Shown here piece after piece: positions 1 through 9,158 of a stretch of DNA of 64,000 nt (the stretch's first letter is position 1; the number at the start of each line of letters is the position of its first letter). Source of the stretch: Candidatus Heimdallarchaeota archaeon. GTDB taxonomy: Archaea > Asgardarchaeota > Heimdallarchaeia > JABLTI01. Both the position numbers and the translations under genes were made by a program. A model generated the notes under the pieces. That model had not been told where the DNA came from. It saw nothing but the letters and a program-made list of their open reading frames with translations, and did not search any database. The stretch spans positions 1 through 64,000 of the forward strand of contig JAHLVW010000108.1 of NCBI GenBank assembly GCA_019058275.1, written 5' to 3'.

Positions 1-1236
1 CCCTTATTTATCCCAGAAGACTATCTCGAGAGGGAAGCAGAGCATTTTGAAGGATTTATTCCAGAAGTAGCTTGGGTAACACATGCAGGTAATAGAAAAC
101 TAGATAGAAAATTAGCTCTTCGTCCAACTTCTGAAACAATCATGTATGAAATGTTTCGCTTATGGATTAGAAGTCACGGTGATTTACCTTTAAAAATAAA
201 TCAATTCTGTAACATTATACGTTTTGATACAAAAGAAACCAAACCTTTGCTTCGAGATCGTGAATTTCTCTGGTCTGAAGGCCATACTTGTCACGCTACA
301 GCAAAAGAAGCTGAAGAACAAGTAAGAGAATCAATGAGAATTTATGAAGCAGTTTACAAAGAGTGTTGTATGTCTTTTTTGATTTTACGAAGACCAAAAT
401 ATGATACTTTTGCTGGAGCTATTTATTCAATAGCCTATGATTGTCCTTTGCCTGATGGCCGAACTTTGCAGATTGGTACAACCCATAATCTAGGTCAAGG
501 TTTTGCTAAAGCCTTTGATATTACATTTCAAGATAAGGATAAACAAAACAAAAATGTCCATCAAACTTGCTATGGTCTTTCTACAAGGTTAGTTGCTGCT
601 ATTGTTGGTATGCATGGTGATGAAAAAGGATTAATTATTCCTCCATTTATTGCACCAATTCAGATTGTTATTGTTCCTATCTATAGAAAAGAGCAAATGA
701 AAAATGTAATCAAAGCCAGTGAGAAAGTAAAAGAAAAACTGATAAAAGCAGGATTACAAGTGGAACTCGACAAAAGAGAAGGTTACACCCCGGGTTGGAA
801 GTTCAATGAATGGGAAGTTCGAGGTGTTCCAATTAGATTGGAACTAGGTCCAAGAGACATTGAAAATAAGCAAGTAGTTCTTGTTCGTCGTGATACTGGT
901 GAGAAACTTTCTGTACCTACAAACAGTGCAGTAAAAGAAGCAAAGAAAATCTTGAAAGAGATACATGATTACATTCAAAAACGAGCTGATAAGCTTCTCG
1001 AAGATAGTATTAACCATCCCAAAGACTATAATGAACTTGTAGAGATACAGAAAACAAAACGGGGGTTCAGTCGAGCTAATTGGTGTGGGGATGAGAAATG
1101 TGCTGAAAAGGTAAAGGATGAAACTGGTGCAGATATCAGAGGTACTCGTGAAGATATCAACGAAAAACCTGATGGAAAATGCATCATTTGTGGTGATAAA
1201 GCGAAAGAAGTAGTTTACATTGCTCCCGCTTATTAA
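1..1236 (+). CDS. proS: Prolyl-tRNA synthetase, archaeal/eukaryotic type (5' end outside window)
   Basis: Frame 1 is open from base 1 (PLFIPEDYLEREAEHFEGF...LALRPTSETIMY). Motif 2 region KPLLRDREFLWSEGHT, anticodon-binding domain PGWKFNEWEVRGVPIRLELGPRD, C-terminal Cys cluster ending APAY. Confidence 0.97.
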   Translation, partial: PLFIPEDYLEREAEHFEGFIPEVAWVTHAGNRKLDRKLALRPTSETIMYEMFRLWIRSHGDLPLKINQFCNIIRFDTKETKPLLRDREFLWSEGHTCHATAKEAEEQVRESMRIYEAVYKECCMSFLILRRPKYDTFAGAIYSIAYDCPLPDGRTLQIGTTHNLGQGFAKAFDITFQDKDKQNKNVHQTCYGLSTRLVAAIVGMHGDEKGLIIPPFIAPIQIVIVPIYRKEQMKNVIKASEKVKEKLIKAGLQVELDKREGYTPGWKFNEWEVRGVPIRLELGPRDIENKQVVLVRRDTGEKLSVPTNSAVKEAKKILKEIHDYIQKRADKLLEDSINHPKDYNELVEIQKTKRGFSRANWCGDEKCAEKVKDETGADIRGTREDINEKPDGKCIICGDKAKEVVYIAPAY

Positions 1237-1321
1237 GCCATTTTTTCTCTTTCTTTTTCTTGAATAGTAATATATAATAAGATTCATAACACAAATAGCT
1301 TAGTTAGCTTTTTACTGAAGG

Positions 1322-1744
1322 ATGTTAAAGATGGTCGAAGACCCAGAAATAAAGAAGAAAATATTCCAAATTCTAAGAGAAATAGGTGAATATACAGATT
1401 TAGAAGCACTTGCAGTTATTAATCGTGAAGGTATGAAAATATCATTCTTCGCAAAGAAAGGTGCTGATCCTGATTTACTTTCAGCTATTTCTGCAGCAAT
1501 TCTCTCAACTGGGGAAAAGGCTGTCTCTATCAATGAACATGGTGAGTTATTAGAAGTATTAGTAAGAGGAGAAAGCGGGTTTACTATACTTACAAATGCT
1601 GGTGATTATATTTTGATAGGTTCGTCATTAGAGCTCAACTCTATGGGCTTAACTATCAGAGTCTTGAGAAAATATGCTCATAAGCTGGAAGAAATTATAT
1701 GCGGAGATAGTGCTGAAGATCTTGGTCCAATAAATGTGGATTAA
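1322..1744 (+). CDS. Roadblock/LC7 (MglB-like) domain protein
   Basis: 140 aa with typical roadblock pattern LAVINREG...LLSAISAAILSTGE...LEVLVRGESG. Confidence 0.88.
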   Translation: MLKMVEDPEIKKKIFQILREIGEYTDLEALAVINREGMKISFFAKKGADPDLLSAISAAILSTGEKAVSINEHGELLEVLVRGESGFTILTNAGDYILIGSSLELNSMGLTIRVLRKYAHKLEEIICGDSAEDLGPINVD

Positions 1745-1767
1745 AAAAATAGTATACGGTTAGATAA

Positions 1768-3042
1768 ATGACTATTCCATTCGAACTTCAAATGATTCAT
1801 AAGCTTTCCGGTGTGCAAGTCTTTTCACATAGGTTTCGAGATGACATTAAGCTTGACCCAACACTAATCTCTGGTTTTGTTTCAGCAGTAATCAATTTCT
1901 CAGAAGAACTAAAACCTTCTGAAGGAAAAGAAATGCTTAAGTTTATCGACAGAGGAGATTTCGTATTACAAGTTGAACCTGGAGAGAAGGTCATAGGGCT
2001 GCTAATTCTAAGTAGCAAGGATCTTTCTTTCAAAGAGAAATTAAAGATACTTGTGAATGAGTTTGAGCGAAAATACCAAGAGCAGTTACTAGAATGGTCT
2101 GGAGTTTCCTCATGTTTCCTTGATTTTGAAGAACAAGTAAAGCAGTTGATTTCCCGAAAACCACTAAGTCCTTACCATATTCCTCAACTAATAGATTCAG
2201 ATCGCGGAGCTAAAAATATTGATGATATCAAATGGGCTATTATTACTAAGATTAATGGTCAAAATGACATCAATTCAATTAGTGAAGAAGTGGACTTAAG
2301 TGTTGAAGTTGTCCAAAGCATAGTTGCTTATTTTGAAGAAGCTGGTTTAGTAAAGACATCCTTCCAGATTTCAGATGATAACGTTTTTGAACTTACGAAA
2401 AAGGGTCTAAATGCTTTAGATAATGGTTCTGAATTCAATCGAGATTTATTGAGTTTTATTGGAGAAAAAGGTTTGGAAATACTATCTACAATAGGTACAG
2501 AGAAATCTTTGAAAGACATCAAATATATTTTGGATGATACTTCAGAAGAGATTTTTGATATTATTGAAAAACTAGTCTCTGAAAGATATCTGGAGATTTT
2601 ACCAAAATGGAAACTTGTTTTAGATAGGAAAGCATTTCAGTATACTGGATCTTTGGAATTCATAGGAGATCTTTTCCAACTAATTTTTGATGAATCTGAT
2701 AATTGGCTAGATAATAGAGAATTGGAACGCTTGAAACGTGACACTTTTGCTTTGTTATTGATTAAAGATGAAGCTGCTTCAAAGCTCATTAGTGATCATC
2801 CTGAGTTTATAATTGATCGAAACAACCTTAAGAGACTACTAAATCAAGTTGGTGATTTAGACAAAGCTTCAAAACGATTAGAGACTCTCTTTAAAGTTTT
2901 ACAAACAAATATTGAAAGACAGATTGGTACTAATCTTACAAAAGATATTTTATCAAGAGTCTCACGTCGTCTTAAAGAAGAGTATTCTGAATTAATTTCA
3001 CAACAAGATGAGCTTACAGATATGTTGAATTGGCTTCATTAA
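1768..3042 (+). CDS. Longin domain plus tandem winged-helix protein, NPRL2-like
   Basis: N-terminal longin-like segment (SGVQVFSHRF...LISGFVSAVINFSEE...F.RKY...WSG). The following PYHIP...IITKINGQNDINSISEEVDL...NVFELT resembles the NPRL2 middle region as remembered. Confidence 0.65.
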   Translation: MTIPFELQMIHKLSGVQVFSHRFRDDIKLDPTLISGFVSAVINFSEELKPSEGKEMLKFIDRGDFVLQVEPGEKVIGLLILSSKDLSFKEKLKILVNEFERKYQEQLLEWSGVSSCFLDFEEQVKQLISRKPLSPYHIPQLIDSDRGAKNIDDIKWAIITKINGQNDINSISEEVDLSVEVVQSIVAYFEEAGLVKTSFQISDDNVFELTKKGLNALDNGSEFNRDLLSFIGEKGLEILSTIGTEKSLKDIKYILDDTSEEIFDIIEKLVSERYLEILPKWKLVLDRKAFQYTGSLEFIGDLFQLIFDESDNWLDNRELERLKRDTFALLLIKDEAASKLISDHPEFIIDRNNLKRLLNQVGDLDKASKRLETLFKVLQTNIERQIGTNLTKDILSRVSRRLKEEYSELISQQDELTDMLNWLH

Positions 3043-3082
3043 AAAATAAGAAAAAAGGTAAATAATCTTTTACCTTGTAGTT

Positions 3083-4297
3083 TTACGCTTGTTTAACGAA
3101 TCTTTCTAATCGATCCATTGCTTCATCAATTAATTCTTCTTGTGATAAAAATACTAAACGGAAATGATCTTTTCCAAATTCCTTATCAAATCCACTTCCA
3201 AAAACAGAAACCACACCTTCTTCTCTGAGAAATGATAGAATGAAATCCTTGTCATCTTTGTATCTTCCGAGTTTCTCGATTTTAGGAAAGACGTAGAATG
3301 CAGCTTCGGGTTTCTCGGTTGAAATGCCTTCTATCTCATTTAATCTCTTGTAGATTAAGTCTCTTCTTTTTCTTAGTTTTTCAACTGTACCATTTATGTG
3401 ATCTTGTGGCCCTTTCAGTGCTTCAACACAACCATATTGTGCTGGAGTGTTTACACATAATCTTAATCTACCAAGCTTAATGATTCCATTGTAGATATCT
3501 CTGATTTTATCATCTGGATCTTGTAGATAGACATAACCAATACGCCAACCAGGCATTAAATATACTTTTGAAAATCCATTCATCATAAAGAGGGGAACAT
3601 CTTTTGCAACTGAAGGCATACCAACAAACTTCTCGTCCATAGTTAATCTATCATAAATTTCATCTGTAATAATTGGGATGTCATGTTCTCCAGCGATATT
3701 GACGATTTCTTTTAAAACCTTCTCTCGATAAACTGCACCTGTTGGGTTATTTGGATTAATAACTAAAATTGCTTTTGTTTTTTCAGAAACTTTCTTTCGG
3801 ATGTCTTCCACATCAGGCTGCCAATTATCATCACTAATGGTTCTATAGGTAACAGCTTCTGCTTGGTAAAATTTGGGAAAAGCAGTATAGGAAGGATAAG
3901 CTGGTCCTGGAATTAAAAGCTCATCTCCTGGATCTAGTAATGACCCTAATAAAAACATAATTCCCTCTGAAATGCCAGCTGTTATATGAACATCTTCAAC
4001 AGCTAAATTCTTAGCTCCATTAATTTTCATTTCTTTCTCAACTATAGCTTCCCGTAATGGAAGGATTCCTTGTGATTCAGAGTAGAAGCTTTTGTTTTCT
4101 TTTGCTGCTTTAATGAAAGCATTAACAATATTCTTTGGTGTTTCAAAATCATACTTATTTGGATCACCAATATTCAACCATATTAGGTCTTTTCCTTTAT
4201 CAGCTAGCTTACGTGCTTCTGCACTCACATCTCTTATAGCATATTCCAATTGTTGTACTCTTGGTGATTGGATGAATTTACCAGACGAGCGAGGCAT
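3083..4297 (-). CDS. Class I/II PLP-dependent aminotransferase (alanine/aspartate aminotransferase-like)
   Basis: LNIGDP, INPNNPTG, DEIY and GFSKVYLMPGWRIG (PLP lysine) motifs. Confidence 0.93.
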   Translation of the reverse strand: MPRSSGKFIQSPRVQQLEYAIRDVSAEARKLADKGKDLIWLNIGDPNKYDFETPKNIVNAFIKAAKENKSFYSESQGILPLREAIVEKEMKINGAKNLAVEDVHITAGISEGIMFLLGSLLDPGDELLIPGPAYPSYTAFPKFYQAEAVTYRTISDDNWQPDVEDIRKKVSEKTKAILVINPNNPTGAVYREKVLKEIVNIAGEHDIPIITDEIYDRLTMDEKFVGMPSVAKDVPLFMMNGFSKVYLMPGWRIGYVYLQDPDDKIRDIYNGIIKLGRLRLCVNTPAQYGCVEALKGPQDHINGTVEKLRKRRDLIYKRLNEIEGISTEKPEAAFYVFPKIEKLGRYKDDKDFILSFLREEGVVSVFGSGFDKEFGKDHFRLVFLSQEELIDEAMDRLERFVKQA

Positions 4298-4505
4298 GTT
4301 TTATTTCACCTTTCTATTATGGTTTTGAATAATATTAATTACTAAAACGAGAAAAAATGCATTTTATTAAATATAAACTATATTATCAGTTAAACAACCT
4401 AAATTATTCATAGTACTACAGAATTCTAATTGGTATTTGAGATTGATGTCAAAATATTTTTATTGGGAACAACGATTTTTTGAAACGACTTGCTGAAAAA
4501 CTTAG

Positions 4506-5144
4506 GTGAGATTTAGATTGTCTGGTGAAGAAGAACGAATCAATCAAATGGTTGAAGATATTGTTGGTAATGCTAAAGTAGAGGCTGATAAAGTACTTGG
4601 TGAATCAAAAAAGCAGACAATGGAAATACTTCAACGTGGAAAAGATGCTGCAGAAAAAGAAAAGATAATGATTGTTGAAAATGAATCAAAAATAATCCTT
4701 GAATTAGAAAAACAGCAAATTGCATCCATTAATCTACAAACCAGAAGAGAAATCTTACAGAAGAAAGAAGAAGAAATCAAAAAGATTTTTGATTTAGCTG
4801 AAGTTGAATTGAAAAACTTTACAAAGAAAGCTGGTTACTCTAAGGTTCTCGAAAGATTAATTATCGAAGCAGGTGCAGCTCTTGACGGTGGCAATTTAGT
4901 AATTAAAATTCGCAAAGAGGATAAGACTAAAATCAAAGATTTAACGACTATCTCAAAAAGCATCACTAAAGTTTGTGGAAATAAATGTTGTTTGAAAATT
5001 TCCAAAGAAATCATTAATACTATTGGTGGAATTGTTCTCCAAACTGAGGATGAATCAATAAGAATTGATAATACTTTTGAAGCTCGATTAGAACAAAAAT
5101 ATCGTTCAATTCGTTCAGAAGTTGCTAAGAAATTATTTGCTTAA
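4506..5144 (+). CDS. atpE: A/V-type ATP synthase subunit E
   Basis: N-terminal coiled coil and C-terminal IGGIVL...IRIDNTFEARL signature. Confidence 0.88.
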   Translation: MRFRLSGEEERINQMVEDIVGNAKVEADKVLGESKKQTMEILQRGKDAAEKEKIMIVENESKIILELEKQQIASINLQTRREILQKKEEEIKKIFDLAEVELKNFTKKAGYSKVLERLIIEAGAALDGGNLVIKIRKEDKTKIKDLTTISKSITKVCGNKCCLKISKEIINTIGGIVLQTEDESIRIDNTFEARLEQKYRSIRSEVAKKLFA

Positions 5145-5267
5145 ATAGATTTCCATGAGTGATTTATTCAATTTCATCTAAAAGAAATGTTTTAAAAACA
5201 ACCTACTATTAACAAAAAGTAGTTCCTCAAATGAAATGACTTATTTGATAACTCGGAGAGTAATGTA

Positions 5268-5870
5268 ATGAATAAGAAAGTTATCCGATTAACAATCATC
5301 TTAACAAGTTTACTTGTTGTAATGTTCATAGTCCAACCAAAGTTAGCAGAAGTTACCGCTGATGATAGATTACTTTTAGCTTTTGATCAACTATCACCAT
5401 CAGGTAATGTTTATCAAGGTGATACAGTTATTTTTGGAGGAACCGTCTTTAATAACCAGACAAGAGATTTACGTTTAATTGAACTTTCAGCAGATGTTTA
5501 TGTGCCAGATAATTTAAGCCTGCCATTCCATTATTACACTCACTCACTTAGAGAGCAAATTACTCGAAATATTCTTGAACCTAATGAGGCAAGAACTCTC
5601 TCCTTTGAAGTAACTATTGGTGATGAATTACCAAAAGCTGAAAATTATACAGTAATCCTAAGTTTGCAATTCATGCAAGCAGATCAAAGCGAAGATGATA
5701 TTACGCCCTATACTTATCAAATCGGAACAAATGCTACTATACACATATTAATTCCAAGAGATGATGCTCCTAAGTACATTTACGCTGTATTTGTATTACT
5801 CCTTTTGGGAATCATCGCATTCATTGTTCTTGGTATAGTCGGCTGGGTTCGGGAAAGAAGAAGTAGTTAA
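5268..5870 (+). CDS. Type I membrane protein, TRAP-alpha (SSR1)-like
   Basis: Signal peptide, beta-sandwich ectodomain (FNNQTRDL...ILEPNEARTLSF...VILSLQF...NATIHI), one C-terminal TM helix and basic tail. Motif order matches TRAP-alpha as remembered. Confidence 0.6.
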   Translation: MNKKVIRLTIILTSLLVVMFIVQPKLAEVTADDRLLLAFDQLSPSGNVYQGDTVIFGGTVFNNQTRDLRLIELSADVYVPDNLSLPFHYYTHSLREQITRNILEPNEARTLSFEVTIGDELPKAENYTVILSLQFMQADQSEDDITPYTYQIGTNATIHILIPRDDAPKYIYAVFVLLLLGIIAFIVLGIVGWVRERRSS

Positions 5871-5894
5871 GTGAATTTTTTTTCTTTTCACTTT

Positions 5895-6899
5895 TTATTT
5901 TACAACTTTTACTGTTTTACCTTGTACATGAACTTGGTATTTGCTCTGATCAATAGTTCTGTAGTAAATCGATAAGCTCGGTAGAAATATTTCCCCTTCT
6001 TTTGTAGGTTTAATTTTGAAAGTTTCAATTACTGTTGATTCATAGTTTAGTTGATCTATGATTCTTCTCGGATACATTGAAATTAGTTTATAATCATAAG
6101 TTGGTGGTAAAGCTACATCCACTACAAAAGCAATTCCTTCCCCAGAATTCGATATTTTAATTTGGATATAACCTTCCTTTTTGCGTTGTAATGGTTGTAA
6201 AATAACATATTCAGCTTTAAGGTTTGGTAAGGCATTTTTCTCAGACGCTAATAGCTCGCCTATTTTTGTCATAGCAAGATGAGGTGGACTAATTCCCTCT
6301 AAAGCATACAATTCAGCTAAATCTTCATAAGCTATGACATCGGAATAGGATGTTAAAATTCCTACTTCAGCTAATAATCCACTAAGCTTCTCTGGGTATA
6401 ACTCTTTCATATCAACACTGATATCGAGCTCTCTATATTCACGACCTCGAATATGCTCCATGTAAACTTGATACCCATGAATACCAAGTTCTATGGTGCT
6501 GATTTTTGTTGGATCACATACTAATGCAATAGCATCATCAAACAAACTTTGCTGATATCGTTGTGTTCTGATATCAACGCTTGATAAGAAGAAACCAAAA
6601 GAAGGATGACTATGAAACCAACCAACAATAACGGTATTTAATTTTTCAGCTTCTTCAGCAATTTTAGGAATAATTGTATAATCAGATATTTCTACAAAAA
6701 TTGAGCTCCCGCTTGTCATAGGAATTGCTTTTATAACTGTAATTGTTTCCTCATCAACAGTTCCTACCAACCAACCAATCACTTCCCTCCAAAACCTATA
6801 TGGTCTATTTGGATTAGCAAACTCTATGACATATCGAAACATGCCATTATAGGCTTCTTGAGTGATAATGACTGATTGTATCATATCTTTCAACTTCAT
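5895..6899 (-). CDS. MPN+/JAMM metalloprotease with C-terminal Ig-like beta-sandwich
   Basis: EVIGWL and VGWFHSHPSFGFFLSSVD give a complete JAMM motif. C-terminal IKISNSG...F.IKPTKEG beta-rich domain. Confidence 0.88.
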   Translation of the reverse strand: MKLKDMIQSVIITQEAYNGMFRYVIEFANPNRPYRFWREVIGWLVGTVDEETITVIKAIPMTSGSSIFVEISDYTIIPKIAEEAEKLNTVIVGWFHSHPSFGFFLSSVDIRTQRYQQSLFDDAIALVCDPTKISTIELGIHGYQVYMEHIRGREYRELDISVDMKELYPEKLSGLLAEVGILTSYSDVIAYEDLAELYALEGISPPHLAMTKIGELLASEKNALPNLKAEYVILQPLQRKKEGYIQIKISNSGEGIAFVVDVALPPTYDYKLISMYPRRIIDQLNYESTVIETFKIKPTKEGEIFLPSLSIYYRTIDQSKYQVHVQGKTVKVVK

Positions 6900-6997
6900 G
6901 AATCCAATTAAACTAAAGGATTTTTTGTTCGAGAGTTCTATTAAGGTTCTGGGATTTATCTCTTTTTAATAATTTCAAATAACCAGTTTACAAATGG

Positions 6998-7645
6998 CTA
7001 TCGGAAGGCATCTATTGTGGGATAAATATCTTCTGTTTTATTTAAAACACTCATATCTGAAGAATGTGCTACTATCCGTTTAAGTGCAGATATCTCGAGA
7101 TAAGGGATTTTCGTTTTTTGGTTCATTGCTATTTCTTTAGCAAGTTTTTCTGCGTCCTCAATTGTTATATGATCCTCTTTGTCTGCTCTTAAGTCTGATT
7201 TATTTCCACAAATAAGTATGGGAATATTTCCTGTATGTCCCCAAATTATGTTGCGCCATTTTGTCATTGAATCAAATGAGAATTTATTTGTGATATCAAA
7301 AACAATTATTGCCCCCTTAGCTCCATTATAAAATTGCGAATGAAGATATGGAAAGTATCTTTGTGATCTCAGATCATATATCTTACCTACTATCTTTGAT
7401 TGAGGGGTTTTCTTGCTTCTTATTAGTGAAATCTCTAGGGATGCAGAGTACCCCCTCTCAGCTATACCGGTTCTTGTTAATGCATGCAATAATGTTGTTT
7501 TTCCGACTTTTGTATTTCCAACTAGAACTACCTTCAAAATATCAGTTGTTGTTTTTTGTGGGATAAATTTTGTTTGAACTTCTGGTTCCATTCTAGTTAG
7601 TCTCCATTTAGGTAAGAGATAGTTTGTCTTTATTATTGATTGCAA
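6998..7645 (-). CDS. Rab/Ras-like small GTPase, degenerate; likely truncated by a premature TAG (frame continues to 6956)
   Basis: GNTKVGKT P-loop, DLRSQ (altered G3), NKSD, EISA. After the TAG at 6998-7000 the frame reads PFVNWLFEIIKKR-stop. Confidence 0.8.
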   Translation of the reverse strand: MQSIIKTNYLLPKWRLTRMEPEVQTKFIPQKTTTDILKVVLVGNTKVGKTTLLHALTRTGIAERGYSASLEISLIRSKKTPQSKIVGKIYDLRSQRYFPYLHSQFYNGAKGAIIVFDITNKFSFDSMTKWRNIIWGHTGNIPILICGNKSDLRADKEDHITIEDAEKLAKEIAMNQKTKIPYLEISALKRIVAHSSDMSVLNKTEDIYPTIDAFR

Positions 7646-7904
7646 ACACTACATTCTTTCTTGTATTTTTAATAATAATTGGTAGTAACAACTAATGTAA
7701 TTACAAGAGGTTTATTGTACTCATAATTTTAAAATTTAATTCAAATTTAATTGTCAACTACATATTTATTATAAGAATATCTTGCTTTCTGAAGTAATAC
7801 CTAGTTCTAAGTTTAACATTTTAGTAAGTAGATTATTTAGTAAGAATAGGAAAATAAAAGATGTCTAATAACAATTTGATGAAATAGAAGTGTGAAAATC
7901 TATT

Positions 7905-8573
7905 ATGAACAAAACAAAAGAAATTACTGTCTTGGAACGTGTTTCTAAGAAAAACGAGGAAATTGTGAAGGAAATTAGAACGATTTTTGGAGAGAATAGT
8001 ATTATTTGTTTTAATATTATGGGGTCACCAGGTAGTGGAAAGACTACTCTTATTGAAAAAACAATTGAAAAGCTCAAAGACAAGAAAACAATTGCTGTTA
8101 TTGAAGGTGATTTAGCAACTACAATTGATGCTGAAAGAATTCGTGAGTATGGTGTTGATGTATTGCAGATTAATACCGGAGGTATGTGCCATCTTGATGC
8201 TCAATTAATAAGAAATGCATTAAGCAAAATGGATCTCTCAGCAATTGATATTCTATTCATTGAAAATGTTGGTAATCTTGTTTGTCCTTCATCACATGAT
8301 TTGGGAGAAGATTATCGAGTAATTTTAGCTAGTGTGCCAGAAGGACCTCATAAACCAAAAAAATACCCAGTAATTTACAAAGAGGCTGATGTTGTAGTAA
8401 TAACAAAAGCTGATATATTAGAGCACTTTCCTGATTTCAGTATTGAGGTATTATTTGGTCATGCAATAGAAATCAAGCCTGATATCAAAACAATAAAGGT
8501 AGCTTTGAAGGGTGAGGATATCCAGATAGATGATTGGGTATATTGGCTGGAGAATGTAGAGCCAAAGAAATAA
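7905..8573 (+). CDS. hypB: Hydrogenase nickel-incorporation GTPase HypB
   Basis: GSPGSGKT, IEGD, INTGGMCHLDA, IENVGNLVCP, KYP and TKAD motifs. Confidence 0.95.
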   Translation: MNKTKEITVLERVSKKNEEIVKEIRTIFGENSIICFNIMGSPGSGKTTLIEKTIEKLKDKKTIAVIEGDLATTIDAERIREYGVDVLQINTGGMCHLDAQLIRNALSKMDLSAIDILFIENVGNLVCPSSHDLGEDYRVILASVPEGPHKPKKYPVIYKEADVVVITKADILEHFPDFSIEVLFGHAIEIKPDIKTIKVALKGEDIQIDDWVYWLENVEPKK

Positions 8574-8618
8574 TTTTTTTCATTCTTGATTTTTCTTGAT
8601 TCTAAATTTCACATATGA

Positions 8619-8927
8619 TTAGTCATCAAATAACATACCTTTGATTAAGTCCTCTCTAAGTTCATCTTTTATCATATTGATAATGCGATCGATTGATTCA
8701 TCTATTACATCCTCTTCAATTTTAGCTATAAATTCTGTGCTTGAGAGTGTTTTGTATAGCTTTTCCATTGCTTTATCAATTGCAGGAATAACTGCTTCAG
8801 CAAACGCAGACAAAAATAAGTTTGTTAAGGCATTTTTGTTAATCCATGGTCGATCAGCATAAATATCTTTCAATTCTTTAGCAGATAGTTGTTTAAACAT
8901 CTTTTTGCTCTCCTTTTTTAGGGTCAA
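8619..8927 (-). CDS. Hypothetical small alpha-helical protein
   Basis: Fills the gap between hypB and the actin-like operon; no recognisable motif. Confidence 0.55.
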   Translation of the reverse strand: MTLKKESKKMFKQLSAKELKDIYADRPWINKNALTNLFLSAFAEAVIPAIDKAMEKLYKTLSSTEFIAKIEEDVIDESIDRIINMIKDELREDLIKGMLFDD

Positions 8928-9019
8928 TTGTACATTTCGAGTTTTGTTTAGGACAATTTGTTATTGGTAACTATAATATGATTAATTTGAAATTCTAATA
9001 ATATAAATTGTTTGAAGGA

Positions 9020-9063
9020 AAAAGCTTTTACTAAAAAGTGTTAAGATGGCAATTCTTTTTAGT
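9020..9063. promoter_or_regulatory. Palindrome AAAAGCTTTT plus 9-bp inverted repeat ACTAAAAAG-N16-CTTTTTAGT upstream of the actin-like operon
   Basis: Seen at 9020-9029 and 9030-9038/9055-9063. Function is inferred only. Confidence 0.3.
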
Positions 9064-9158
9064 CAAGAGCAAGTTTTAATTCATAAAGATTTTATAAGGA
9101 TGACATTGTTTAATTATTAACTGTAAGAAATTTACCCTTTGGGAGATTTGATGAAGAA

